Positions 47,201-56,142 of a DNA stretch of 64,000 nt are shown one piece after another (the stretch's first letter is position 1; every line of letters begins with the position of its first letter). The DNA lies in the IMG/VR virus record IMGVR_UViG_3300032038_000044, positions 25,221-89,220 of that record, one strand, 5' to 3'. The stretch comes from a virus. Its lineage: Duplodnaviria > Caudoviricetes. The notes beneath the pieces are model-generated. The model had not been told where the DNA came from, did no database searches, and was given only the letters and a program-made list of their open reading frames with translations. The position numbers and the translations under genes were made by a program.

Positions 47201-49435
47201 AGAGTGAACTCTGAACAAGAAGTTGACTCATTAAGACAGCAAACAGAGATGTGGAAGAAGCTTTATGAAGAGGCTGACGAAGGCTCACAAGATAAAGCTA
47301 AATACTATGACTTATGGATTGATAAACAAAATCAATTAAATGATTTAGTCATTAAGCATATCGAAATGTTAAAGAATGAATATTCTAACACAGTAGAAAG
47401 TATTTTCAACAAGCTTGAAAAGACAATGACTAATAACAATACATTTAGTTGGATGAAAGAACAATGGGATTTAGCAAAGAAGTCCGCGGATGGTTACTAT
47501 GATGATGTTGAGCGTATCTATGAGCTAGAAACTATGGAGAATAAGTGGAAAGAAGCTATTGACAAAGCTGATTCTAACAAGAGTCAGAAGATGCTTAATG
47601 AACTTATGAATACTCAACTTGATTCATTAAGAGAGAAAGAAAAACTTAGTGAGTATGACATTACTCTTGCGGAGAAGAGACTAGCAGTAGCTAAGGCTCA
47701 GGCTGCATTAGATGACGCACAGAACGCTAAGAATACAATGAAGGTTACTAGAGGTACTGATGGTAACTGGAGTTATCAGTATGTTGCTGATGAGGATGAT
47801 GTACTTGCTAAACAGCAAGCATTATTAGATGCACAACATGAAGCTTATGAGTTTGCTAAGAAGTCTTGGGAAGATATGCAAGCTTCAATTATATCTGACA
47901 CTAGCGAAGCACTTGAATCTATCAAGAAACTTGAACTTGAAAAAGTTGGAGCTTCAGAAGAGGAAATTGCTTTAATAGATGAAAAGATAAGAACTATTGA
48001 AGAAACATATTGGGGTCCTGAAGGTATTATCACCCAGCATAAGCAGATGGCTGCCGAGCAAGAGAGAATGCTTAACGAGGAAACAGCAATGTCAGTCGTA
48101 ACTGCATACAATGTTGACCAAGCTGCATATGAACAGATGACTACTGAGGAGAAAGCCCTTCTAGATGAGTTAAGACAGAACCAAATCGATAGTATGCAAG
48201 ATGTATACTACAGTACTGATGAGGTATATAACTTACTCGCTGACGAGGCTGAAGCTACTAACGCTAGAAGTCTGGAGAGCTGGACGACCCTTTCCGCAGA
48301 AATCATTAGACAATGGAATAGTGATGACGAAGATAGTGTTAGAACTAATATTCTTTCTGCTCTTGGTCAATGTCAAGATGCATTAGTTGACTATGGTGCC
48401 TTCCTAGATATCCTAGCCGAAAAGGCTGGTATGGACTTTGGTGAGGCTGGTATCTCAGGTCAGATTGCGGAGGCTACATTAAGAACTGAACTTCTTAATG
48501 ACCAAACAGCTATTCTTGTTGAGACTATTGAAAGCGACCTTGCAAATGCTCTAGAAGTGTTTGAGAATATGCAAGATGAATGGATGAATGTTGCTGAAGA
48601 TACTCATACCGCTTACGAAGAGCTTGAAAATTATCTGCATACGGTCGGAACAGTTCGTCAAGAATTAGCTGACCTTGCACAGATAATTAACGAGATGCAA
48701 AATCTTGATATAGACCTTGCACTTAGCGTACCTAAAGGACCTGGAAACAAAGATAAAGATAATACTAATCCTTATGGAACTGATAATAATATAAGATTTG
48801 AAAACTATAGAGAAGGACAGATTGGTGCTTGGAATGTAGAGAAAGGTAATTGGGAAGCTATTGGTACAGAACAAATTCTTGATAATTACTTTAGTGATAA
48901 CGTTCTTAGAAAAGATTATCTTGGAATGACTAAAGAAGATTTTAGAAATATGTCAGAAGCTGAACAAGTTGCTTGGTTAAATCAACATTATGAAGATGTG
49001 GCAGCTACAGCGGTAGCAACTAACCTATTTGATACCATTAGTAGTAATAAAAGACCACTTCAGAATAATTTTTATAAAATTAAGCAATTCGATACAGGTG
49101 GCTATACTGGCGCCTGGGGTTCTGATGGTAGACTTGCTATTCTTGATGAGAAAGAGTTAGTATTAAACAAGGAAGATACTTCTAATATGCTTTCACTTGT
49201 TGATATATTAAGAGGTATTTCAAAGAGTGATGTTGAAAGTATGATGCAATTAGCATTTGCTGATGGTATCGTTGGAACTGCTGGATTTGGTGCTATTACA
49301 AATAGTTCAAGTTCAGTTGGTGGAAATACATTCAACATTACCGCTGAATTCCCTAATGCTAACGATGTAAATGAGATACGTCAAGCAATCCTTTCACTTC
49401 CAAACTTAGCTGCTCAATACATAAACAAGAAATAG
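41219..49435 (+). CDS. tail tape measure protein (TP901-like core), 2738 aa
   Basis: LDSSLNDIRIVTG...STTDY..ASLIYYQQG...VGTALKTIYARM core, long coiled-coil body, C-terminal FDTGGYTG motif. Confidence 0.9.
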   Translation: MADKQYTIKVGYSVDDSGLKKVKQDLQTVQDIANEFKLLGKGDYTKQISALTNAFDKSANFTLGKFDSGKFVNELKKSKLTVDQLRTSLNAMYGDGQTVFNHIAKDVLDANIQLRQTPKFIQEFQRTFTNVFRYNLAGMIQNAFTGSFQQAIGFAKSLDSSLNDIRIVTGKSADEMARFSKEAASAAKSLGKSTTDYTNASLIYYQQGLSENEVKARTETTLKAANVTGQSTDAVSQELTAVWNGYKLVADETEAAVDKLAAVAATTASNLEELSTGMSKVASAANTMGVDFDQLNAQIATIISVTRQAPESVGTALKTIYARMSTIEAGGMDEEGNTLTSYTEKMNNFGISVLDQTGHLRDMGDVMEEIGQKWQYMNKEQQVSLAQAMAGTRQYNNLMALFENWDMYSKALNTSQNALGTLQKQQNIYMDSLEAHLKTLETAKEEVFNTLIDTDSFKDLIDTVTTLTETLNTFFETFGGGLNGIMGMMAMFAPMFKTQIAGGITSTVGNIKNFFTNKNLMSAQAGFAQSIGGLMNDDPVMNAVYQQRASIINTLNENHAEAFMSQEEYDAFKKRGEALSLKSGAAAQSQQELLGALTSDEYKKMFGDANRASNMASGFKEAGTLLDTNDLSALKKSVTEARDNRLSNLGYKIQDLQTRRDTLSERKAALLQLADEKDLRKAKAPNAPQLTQAQRELQTSLFGNTNLSGDQIRKKTEELDLDKQIAEIDTQIASAEKEKATYIEKSAKLTQSMEEKLDIEARKAAFIHDEESGIVEEIENQRKDKLDIYNATDLTVNALATAAGLYSSIGSITAIISDDTDSIGEKIGKLSMVLMAQVLPSVVSLVNFTREMKQMQGAANGAVEGSAKGAAKEVAKKGIGAKIGATVASALGPILAVAIGAAVVAGFLNAINQHEIKKLEKKAEKAKEELKRATEQSSKSNEEAEALRQIEEGYDELQKQLEDGSITKQDVIDKTYDLCIQYGQEDLAVRALCGSYENLNDLLEENSKKKNEQAIADSKMAVERAKESAKAEAKLYNKKNSSFFGLIPNKKKSVSASDATNLALNYDEIQESVLKNPDSKESKEYLRQLEVLGEQVDVIRAEYASQAAAQMSNIGLDMDNGAITSQAAYVEALKNAWTNNSDFFASIGYDEKEFYDEFNSQMLKDEELSSYAQKYGISQQIADEAKISADEVNDILKDADTAMIQYVSDALSDGVIESKESLEEILKEYDEFRGYFEKNPVRMGIESGLAQLVKDGTISEDTIAQIFSNGNIGNMSQDQFSSADVGTQTASLLTAQIFDAQNQEQARKEALEEANRLLKEAEDKQSEYGGIEKTLSAEDIQSVFIQHLKNNSRNVYNYDAYGNMWSQADLLENITPEDIAEIARASKEGKTDSLTDKQKQDLEIIKSQLEKGQLNYQGDSWEDYVLNDYKVTGNKSNLSQKEIKENEKSILRYKKKVDELKKAELDYKKTKESVNAAYKQTANDVDHLQSQYQGLVNIVKDYNDNNKLSVDNVQTLLTMDNAFVASLEFQGDQLAINGQTYESLMDIQKAYMKEEVLSQMITDLAGLSQKKAIDLSYQLGNAQKGLSIDVAEASAAAQQGTVAFTEYASALAKAAGVDLGNISKDEAEFIKATENRLKMLDAMTYYEDENSKSKKNKEEKKEYDDEFDRYWDLKKAIDKVTQAIERLDEAQEHLHGPELIKSLQNENKLLEKQKETYVALGKEQEKEAEELRKKLGDSGFLFDSEGQITNYKAQTQQMLQDMQAITDKFNQGGYDEDSYNAAQKKYEKIKKNLERYDTLFYSEMVDNEKKLREIEDAVIDNNMQAWETDIQVNLDLSEAERQWNDFFRDIQRDFTLEFEDISKKNAVGKKDFDTYTRAGGTLDTNIKAIRDIEADMDAIAAGGTGKLIHSIAEGREKVKELATDYRNNIQEVYNLYQEAWENYLATIDQGSAKLEKLIKEYDLINQKLEFQSQLIQLIYGKQEYDLMDQFYTAQRVNSEQEVDSLRQQTEMWKKLYEEADEGSQDKAKYYDLWIDKQNQLNDLVIKHIEMLKNEYSNTVESIFNKLEKTMTNNNTFSWMKEQWDLAKKSADGYYDDVERIYELETMENKWKEAIDKADSNKSQKMLNELMNTQLDSLREKEKLSEYDITLAEKRLAVAKAQAALDDAQNAKNTMKVTRGTDGNWSYQYVADEDDVLAKQQALLDAQHEAYEFAKKSWEDMQASIISDTSEALESIKKLELEKVGASEEEIALIDEKIRTIEETYWGPEGIITQHKQMAAEQERMLNEETAMSVVTAYNVDQAAYEQMTTEEKALLDELRQNQIDSMQDVYYSTDEVYNLLADEAEATNARSLESWTTLSAEIIRQWNSDDEDSVRTNILSALGQCQDALVDYGAFLDILAEKAGMDFGEAGISGQIAEATLRTELLNDQTAILVETIESDLANALEVFENMQDEWMNVAEDTHTAYEELENYLHTVGTVRQELADLAQIINEMQNLDIDLALSVPKGPGNKDKDNTNPYGTDNNIRFENYREGQIGAWNVEKGNWEAIGTEQILDNYFSDNVLRKDYLGMTKEDFRNMSEAEQVAWLNQHYEDVAATAVATNLFDTISSNKRPLQNNFYKIKQFDTGGYTGAWGSDGRLAILDEKELVLNKEDTSNMLSLVDILRGISKSDVESMMQLAFADGIVGTAGFGAITNSSSSVGGNTFNITAEFPNANDVNEIRQAILSLPNLAAQYINKK

Positions 49436-49442
49436 AAATACT

Positions 49443-49475
49443 GGGGATAGAGAAATCTATCCCCTTTATTTTTTT
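49443..49475 (+). terminator. Rho-independent terminator
   Basis: GGGGATAG/CTATCCCC plus T-tract. Confidence 0.8.
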
Positions 49476-49520
49476 GGTTAAATTAGCTTAAACCCTATTA
49501 GACTAAATTGATATATTGTA
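49475..49520 (+). promoter_or_regulatory. phage-specific promoter-like motif copy 4
   Basis: TGGTTAAA, GATATA at +34. Confidence 0.5.
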
Positions 49521-52500
49521 TAGAGATTAAAAAGGAGGAAAATAAAGTGAGTGAATTACAGAATAGCTTACTTGAAGCCATTGGCTCATTAGCGGATTCT
49601 TCTGCAAAGAAGGTAAAGTCTCCCCTTATGGTCGAGGGTGAGGTCATTGCGCTAGATGACGCGAGTGTAGGTTTATATAGCATTAAATATTTAGACAATA
49701 TCATTAATGCTTATTCAACTAATCCTTCACTTACTTTTTCTATTGGTGAAATAGTTTATATATTAGTTCCAGATGGTGACTTAACTAAAACCAAGTTCAT
49801 AGTAAGTGCGGTTACACCTTCATCTAGTTTATATACTACTTCCGAAGATAATGATGATTATTTTGTTATTAGTGATAGTCTACTTGAGACATCAGATAGA
49901 ATATCATTATGTACATATAGAACAGAAACTAAAGTTGTAGAAGTAGAAAAGGCTAATTTTGCAGAGTTAATTAATAACTATCTTAAAGATGGTTATAGAA
50001 CTTTTGGTCTTAATATAAAAGTAAAAACAGATATTACTGATGTAAGACAAAGAGTTGCTGGTAATTATGGTTTAACTTTATATATTCCAACAATAGAGTT
50101 AAACGAAGCCGGTGAGCAAATACATACTTCAAGAACTTTTACTTTTGATATTAGAAATATTATTGGTAATCCATATGCTCTTAATGAGTGGACTAACCAA
50201 TATCTATATTTTACATTACCTGATGGTGTAAAGTATGATGATGCTTATGAACCTGCGGTTACAGCTTTCGTTACTGACTTCGTGCAAAATGGAGACCCTA
50301 CTATCCCTGATGATATCTTCATGAAGGATTTAGGTCTTTATGTAGTAGAGGCAGTTCCAGAAGAAGCTAAGACGGGTAGATACATTAACCTTCATGCAAG
50401 TGAGGGCAGATTCTTCCTAAAGGATGTAAGCGTAAAGAAAACTATTACACCTACATTATATATTAATGGTAATGTAAGTAAGTTAGATGGTAAAGATATT
50501 TATTGGTTTATTGAAGATTCTTCAGTTACATTAAACTCTTCTGAATGGACTTCACAAGGCGGAGTTGGTTGGAAGTGTTTAAACCCAAAAGAAAACGTAA
50601 TTACTAATGATGATGGCACAACATCATTCAATTATAATACAAAAATCCAGGAAATTGAAGTATTAAAGAATGAGGTAGTTACTTCAACACAATATAAGTG
50701 TGTTATTGTAGATGGTGATGATTATTCATCACAAACTATATTAATTGAGAACCTAGATAGTCCAATAGTTATCAATTTATATTCAGATAAGACTGATAAT
50801 GTATTCATTAAGGATACTGGTGATATAAATCTTTTCTGCGAAGTTGAGTATGCGGAAAAGGACCCTAGCGCTGCTCTAACCTACAATTGGGCTAGATATA
50901 ACAAGGCTGGGGAGATGTTAGATAATGATTTTTATGATATTATCAAGATAAATGAACAAGATGGGGACAAGTATTTAACTCAAATAGTATTCCCAGCTTC
51001 TTTCATTGAAGATAATATGAATATCATTAGTTGTACTGTATATTCTACTAAGCCAGGCGAAAGTAGAAAAATACTTGGTACAAAGAAGATATTATTAACA
51101 TCAATGACAAATAGTATGTATAATGTTGTTATTGAGAATAATGATGTTATATATAAATATGATGCGGACGGTGACTCACCTAGAGTTGCGAACTATGATG
51201 GTCCTGCATCTTCTGCTATCGATAGCGTAAAACCTTTTAACTTCAAGGTTTATAAATTAGATGGTAGTGAGTTATCAGAGACAGAATATCGTTTCTGTAA
51301 AACAACTTGGAGTTTACCAAAGCACTCAATGATGAGATTTGATAGTTCAATTCTTGCTATGGTAACCAGAGAAGATGCTGACTACTACTATATTGATGGT
51401 AATGGTAGACTCGATATTATTTATGATATTAAGCCAAGTTACCATGCTGAGTATGCTAATAATGATGTTTTATTAAAGATTGATTTTAATAAGACAATTA
51501 TGTATGCAACAGCTTCCGCAAAGTTCTTAAAGGATGGTATGAACGGAACCAATGGTTCTAAATACGCCGCTGTTCTTAAATACCAGGGTTACACTTATGG
51601 TGAGGGAGACCCTAGGGGCCTTTCCCGCAAATTAAGACTATGCTATGTTGCAAATGATACTTGGTATAAATATGACTATGAAACAGCTTCTTACATTCCT
51701 TTTGGTGATGTAAACTTTACTTTCAGTGTATTTAAAGATGGTGAACCAACAACTGATTTTGCTATTGGCGGTTGGGAAATGTTAGACCCTCTAGGTACTA
51801 ACCCATTCTTCAATATGACAGATGGTAAACTTACAGTAGCCTCTAATTGGGAAGATGCAACAGAAGAAAGCACTAATATAGTTAAATTAAAACTTCTTGT
51901 AGGTAATGATAGTGCTGCAATAGGAGATACAAGCGAAGAGCTTTATGTATATTATCCTATTGAAATTACAAGACTTAATGATATATCTTATCTTAATATG
52001 ACAGCTAAGCCTGTTATTGAAGGTGGTTTTGATTCTGTGCTTTATGCAACAGACGGAACAAATCCTAAATATAACAACAATACTCCATTTGAGTGTATTG
52101 ATGGTCTTTATGTTAATGATGTAAAAGATTATTATGATTATAAATGGTACGCATCAGAAAACTTAAATATATTAAGTACAGATGATGATAAAACTTGTAG
52201 TATAAAACCAATCACTAAATATGATAATGGTGTAACTAATAACTTTGTAAAAGTTAAGTTAGTAGTTGGTCAAGGTAAGATTAGTGAATTGGAAAATGAT
52301 AAACAAGCTTGTGAAGACACAATCGAGCAGTTACAGGCAGACAACTCATTTATAGATACAGAAAAGGCGTCATTAGAGACGGTTTCCGCTCTCTACAAAT
52401 ATGATGCATGGGTTAATGCACTCGCTGATGAAACAATTACAGACTTCTTAAATGTCAAGCTTGAGATAAATAATTACTTGTCTATTGGTAAAGATAAACT

Positions 52501-55033
52501 TGCCGAGATAGTTGAGTTCTGCTCTACTAAAGAAGGTATGAAAGAGTTATTTGATTATGAAACAATAGCAACAAGCAGTAATGCAGAAATTGATGCACTA
52601 AGAAACGAACTTTGGAAAGCTGGATTTACTACTTATGAATTAAGTAATATTACAAGTATTACAATCACTAATGTAGAACAGATTAAACAGACATATGGAT
52701 TTGGTGTATTCAATGCTCTTTCTCTATTGGTAACAGACTATAATACAAATGCTGGTTTATATAACAATAGAAAAGATAGTTTAGGAGATTGTGAAGATTT
52801 AGCAACTTACTATGAACAGAATGCGGCGTTTGTGGAGAGCTTAGATACCGCTGGTTTCTTAGACCCAACATATGCGAACAATGACCTACATAGTATATGC
52901 GCTAATGTAACTAACTACTTTAATTACTATACTGACCCTCAGTATGGTATTATCTCGGTTGAAGGTCTTAATTCAGTTCTAAATAATTTTTATGAATTGC
53001 TTAAAGAATATCTGGATAATGAAAAAATTTGTGATTTCAGATTAAATTATTATGATTCTAAAAAGGAAAATAATAATAGTGAGATTGCAAAGAATGAAGA
53101 AAAAATTGAAGCTATTAACGCTCAATTAGAGTTAGCGGAATCACTTTCTTATATTATACATATTAAGCCTATCTTATTTAGATATAACACTTATGAGATG
53201 TCTAATATCAATGGATGGGATGGAAATAAATTATATACTGGAGAGAATGACGAGTATCTTCTAGCACCTCAGGTAGGTGCAGGTGTTAAGAATGTAGATA
53301 ACACCTTTACTGGTATGGTAATGGGTATCCGCAAACAGAGCAATAAATCAGACGTTGGTTTATTTGGTTACTCTAGCGGTAGACAATCATTATTCTTAAA
53401 CGCTTTAACAGGTAAGTCTTCTTTTGGTATGAGCGGTAAAGGTCAGTTTATTATTGACCCTACTAATGATAGAGCTGAGCTATATTCTGGTAACTTCTAT
53501 CTAGACCCAGAGGGAACTCACGAGTCTGGTGAAGGTATGAAGATAGATTTAACTACTCCTGAGATACGTTGGGGTAATGGTAACTTCTGGGTTGATTCAG
53601 AAGGTACAATGCATGTCGGTGGTTCTGGTAAGGACACTGATGGCGACTTAGCGGGCTGGAGAATTGGTAAATATGAACTTTATGCAGAGGATTTAAAGGT
53701 AGTTCTTAATTCAAAGGGTAACGGCTATGCTAGTGACCCTAAACTTGCTACACTTGCTACATATGATGAACAAACTGGTATGTGGCTTGGTAATAGTAAA
53801 GATAAGGCTACTTATATCGGTCCAGATGGTATTAGTATCGGTAAGAAATTCCGTGCTGATAATAAAGGTACATTAGAGCTAGGTAATTTATCTGGTGCGC
53901 ATTGGAAGATAGATAGTGATGACTATGTAATGTTATATACACAACCTGATGATTGGGTAGAGCATTATGATAGATACTATTCTAGAACTTATGATGCGGA
54001 AGAGCATGAATGGGTATACACTAAGCTTGAAGAGTCTACAGCTTTCGTACCTGAGCAGTTCTTCAAGTACAATAAGAGAAGTTATATAGCTTATGCGACT
54101 GAAAGGTTCCTTGAGAGGGTTCCCGCATACAATGATAATAATGAGAAGATGAATAACCCTGATAAGTCAGTATATATTGGTACTGACGGTATCAGCCTTG
54201 GTAAGAAGTTTAAGGTTGATAATGAGGGTGTTATTGAACTAGGTAATATACTTGGTAAACACTGGAAAGTCAATGGTGATAACTATGGTTCTTATTTATA
54301 CTATGGCAAGATAGATGAGCCTAACCTTGGTAAACTTGAAAGCAATCTTCAAAAAGATACAGTTTATCTTGGTACGGATGGTATCATGCTTGGTAACCAG
54401 TTTGAAGTAAGTGCTAAGAAAGGTCTTGTTAAGTTAGGTGACCTTGAGAATGAGTTTTGGACTATAGATGCTAAGAATGGTAATACTTATATGTACTATG
54501 GTTACAATGACCCTGATTGTAGATATGCTAAACTAGATACTGGTGTATTTAGTAGAAAGAATATCTACATTGGTACAAATGGTATCCGTCTTGGATATAT
54601 GTTCATGGTTGACTCTGATGAAGGTAAACTTAGACTTGGTGACTTCCAAAAAGGTTATTATTGGACTTCCGCTTGTGTAGATAAGGGTGGTACAAGAAAT
54701 GAATCATTCTTATATATGTCAAGAACAAAGCGTAATAACTGGACATTCAGAGATGCTGATGTACTTGCTAACTACGTTGACCAAGAACAGTATGGCGCAC
54801 CTAGACATTTCAACGATATTATCATGGCAACAGATGGTTTCCGTGTAGGTAATGCTCTTATCTTACATAACTATTCTGGTGCTAGAAATAAATTCAAAGG
54901 TTATCTAATGGCAGATGACTTCTTCGTAGGAACATATAACCCAGATGGTTCAGTAACTTATGTACCATTCTCAGAGTACTGTAGTGGTGGTGGAGGCGGA
55001 AACCTACCATTAGCTGAAGCAACTGTATTTTAA
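49508..55033 (+). CDS. large tail tip/spike protein with C-terminal beta-helix-like repeats
   Basis: 1841 aa after TMP; OB-like N-terminus, central coiled segment, four YIG.DGI.LG repeats; true start probably GTG near 49547. Confidence 0.6.
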   Translation: MIYCIEIKKEENKVSELQNSLLEAIGSLADSSAKKVKSPLMVEGEVIALDDASVGLYSIKYLDNIINAYSTNPSLTFSIGEIVYILVPDGDLTKTKFIVSAVTPSSSLYTTSEDNDDYFVISDSLLETSDRISLCTYRTETKVVEVEKANFAELINNYLKDGYRTFGLNIKVKTDITDVRQRVAGNYGLTLYIPTIELNEAGEQIHTSRTFTFDIRNIIGNPYALNEWTNQYLYFTLPDGVKYDDAYEPAVTAFVTDFVQNGDPTIPDDIFMKDLGLYVVEAVPEEAKTGRYINLHASEGRFFLKDVSVKKTITPTLYINGNVSKLDGKDIYWFIEDSSVTLNSSEWTSQGGVGWKCLNPKENVITNDDGTTSFNYNTKIQEIEVLKNEVVTSTQYKCVIVDGDDYSSQTILIENLDSPIVINLYSDKTDNVFIKDTGDINLFCEVEYAEKDPSAALTYNWARYNKAGEMLDNDFYDIIKINEQDGDKYLTQIVFPASFIEDNMNIISCTVYSTKPGESRKILGTKKILLTSMTNSMYNVVIENNDVIYKYDADGDSPRVANYDGPASSAIDSVKPFNFKVYKLDGSELSETEYRFCKTTWSLPKHSMMRFDSSILAMVTREDADYYYIDGNGRLDIIYDIKPSYHAEYANNDVLLKIDFNKTIMYATASAKFLKDGMNGTNGSKYAAVLKYQGYTYGEGDPRGLSRKLRLCYVANDTWYKYDYETASYIPFGDVNFTFSVFKDGEPTTDFAIGGWEMLDPLGTNPFFNMTDGKLTVASNWEDATEESTNIVKLKLLVGNDSAAIGDTSEELYVYYPIEITRLNDISYLNMTAKPVIEGGFDSVLYATDGTNPKYNNNTPFECIDGLYVNDVKDYYDYKWYASENLNILSTDDDKTCSIKPITKYDNGVTNNFVKVKLVVGQGKISELENDKQACEDTIEQLQADNSFIDTEKASLETVSALYKYDAWVNALADETITDFLNVKLEINNYLSIGKDKLAEIVEFCSTKEGMKELFDYETIATSSNAEIDALRNELWKAGFTTYELSNITSITITNVEQIKQTYGFGVFNALSLLVTDYNTNAGLYNNRKDSLGDCEDLATYYEQNAAFVESLDTAGFLDPTYANNDLHSICANVTNYFNYYTDPQYGIISVEGLNSVLNNFYELLKEYLDNEKICDFRLNYYDSKKENNNSEIAKNEEKIEAINAQLELAESLSYIIHIKPILFRYNTYEMSNINGWDGNKLYTGENDEYLLAPQVGAGVKNVDNTFTGMVMGIRKQSNKSDVGLFGYSSGRQSLFLNALTGKSSFGMSGKGQFIIDPTNDRAELYSGNFYLDPEGTHESGEGMKIDLTTPEIRWGNGNFWVDSEGTMHVGGSGKDTDGDLAGWRIGKYELYAEDLKVVLNSKGNGYASDPKLATLATYDEQTGMWLGNSKDKATYIGPDGISIGKKFRADNKGTLELGNLSGAHWKIDSDDYVMLYTQPDDWVEHYDRYYSRTYDAEEHEWVYTKLEESTAFVPEQFFKYNKRSYIAYATERFLERVPAYNDNNEKMNNPDKSVYIGTDGISLGKKFKVDNEGVIELGNILGKHWKVNGDNYGSYLYYGKIDEPNLGKLESNLQKDTVYLGTDGIMLGNQFEVSAKKGLVKLGDLENEFWTIDAKNGNTYMYYGYNDPDCRYAKLDTGVFSRKNIYIGTNGIRLGYMFMVDSDEGKLRLGDFQKGYYWTSACVDKGGTRNESFLYMSRTKRNNWTFRDADVLANYVDQEQYGAPRHFNDIIMATDGFRVGNALILHNYSGARNKFKGYLMADDFFVGTYNPDGSVTYVPFSEYCSGGGGGNLPLAEATVF

Positions 55034-55053
55034 TAAAAAAGGAGATTACAAGG

Positions 55054-55236
55054 ATGGAAGAATTTAAGAATCAATTATTAGAGGTAGTTAATAATGCAAA
55101 GCTACCACCAGAAGCTATTTACTTTGTAGTAAAAGATTTCTACAGAGATATTATAGACACATATGAACAATATAAACTTATGAAAGAGGAGCAGGCTAAA
55201 GAGTCTGCTCCTAAAACAGATAAGGAGGAAGAATAA
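55054..55236 (+). CDS. small hypothetical protein
   Basis: ORF with AAGGAG RBS. Confidence 0.55.
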   Translation: MEEFKNQLLEVVNNAKLPPEAIYFVVKDFYRDIIDTYEQYKLMKEEQAKESAPKTDKEEE

Positions 55237-55237
55237 T

Positions 55238-55558
55238 ATGAGTTTAGCTTTTTATGGAGGATTCATTATTGCACTTTGTGCAGTAAGCACACTATTCACA
55301 GAAGCTATCAAGAAGTTCTGTGACAACGGTAAAATTAACTATGCTACAAATCTTGTTGCATTCATTTGTGCTTTTGTTGTTGGTATTTTGGGTTCAGTAG
55401 GTGTATATATCCTAAAGGACATTCCATTTACCCTTGACAACATTGTAGTTATAATTTTCACTGCATTCCTAATTTGGATGGGTTCAATGATAGGATATGA
55501 CAAGATTCTACAGTTAATAGACCAGATTAAAGAAATAATCACCAAGAAAGGTAATTAA
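55238..55558 (+). CDS. holin-like membrane protein (3 TM)
   Basis: Three TM segments, W.GSMIGYDK..Q.I.QI ending. Confidence 0.6.
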   Translation: MSLAFYGGFIIALCAVSTLFTEAIKKFCDNGKINYATNLVAFICAFVVGILGSVGVYILKDIPFTLDNIVVIIFTAFLIWMGSMIGYDKILQLIDQIKEIITKKGN

Positions 55559-55571
55559 TTTATATATAGAT

Positions 55572-55609
55572 GGGGGATACCGCATTTTGTGGTATCCCCT
55601 TATTTTTTT
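55572..55609 (+). terminator. Rho-independent terminator
   Basis: GGGGATACC/GGTATCCCC plus T-tract. Confidence 0.8.
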
Positions 55610-55654
55610 GGGCAAATTAGGTTAACAAACATGATTGCCCAGTAATATATATAG
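55609..55654 (+). promoter_or_regulatory. phage-specific promoter-like motif copy 5
   Basis: TGGGCAAA, AATATA at +34. Confidence 0.55.
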
Positions 55655-55688
55655 AAGAAGTTAAATATTCTAGAAAGGAGAAAATATA

Positions 55689-56126
55689 ATGATAGAAGCA
55701 CTCGAATCGTTAGGACTAACAAACATTGTTATCATTATATTAATCTTACTCTTTGGAATAAAGGAATTACTTGAGCTTATTGATTTCTTTAAGGGAAGAA
55801 ATAAGCAAGCCTTTCAGTCCGTGAAAGAGGAAGAAGAAATTAAACAGCTAATTAAGGATACTGCTGGGAAAATCACAGATATCCAAAAGCACTTTGATGG
55901 AGTTGTAGAAGAACATAATAAAACTTTAAAAATGCTTGTTGCTTCTGACAGAGACGATATTAAAGGCTACATCACAGAGAAATTTCATTATTTCACCGAG
56001 TTAGGTTATATTGATGACTTTTCAATGGAGGTTTTAGAAAGAAGATTTGAACATTACATAGCTGAAGGTGGTAATTCATTCATTGAAGCTATGATGAACC
56101 AATTAAGAGCATTACCAAGGAAATAG
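55689..56126 (+). CDS. holin-like protein (1 TM plus coiled coil)
   Basis: N-terminal TM; HY...GGNSFI C-terminal motif common in Bacillota phage lysis-adjacent proteins. Confidence 0.5.
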   Translation: MIEALESLGLTNIVIIILILLFGIKELLELIDFFKGRNKQAFQSVKEEEEIKQLIKDTAGKITDIQKHFDGVVEEHNKTLKMLVASDRDDIKGYITEKFHYFTELGYIDDFSMEVLERRFEHYIAEGGNSFIEAMMNQLRALPRK

Positions 56127-56142
56127 AAGGAGGAAAGAACCT

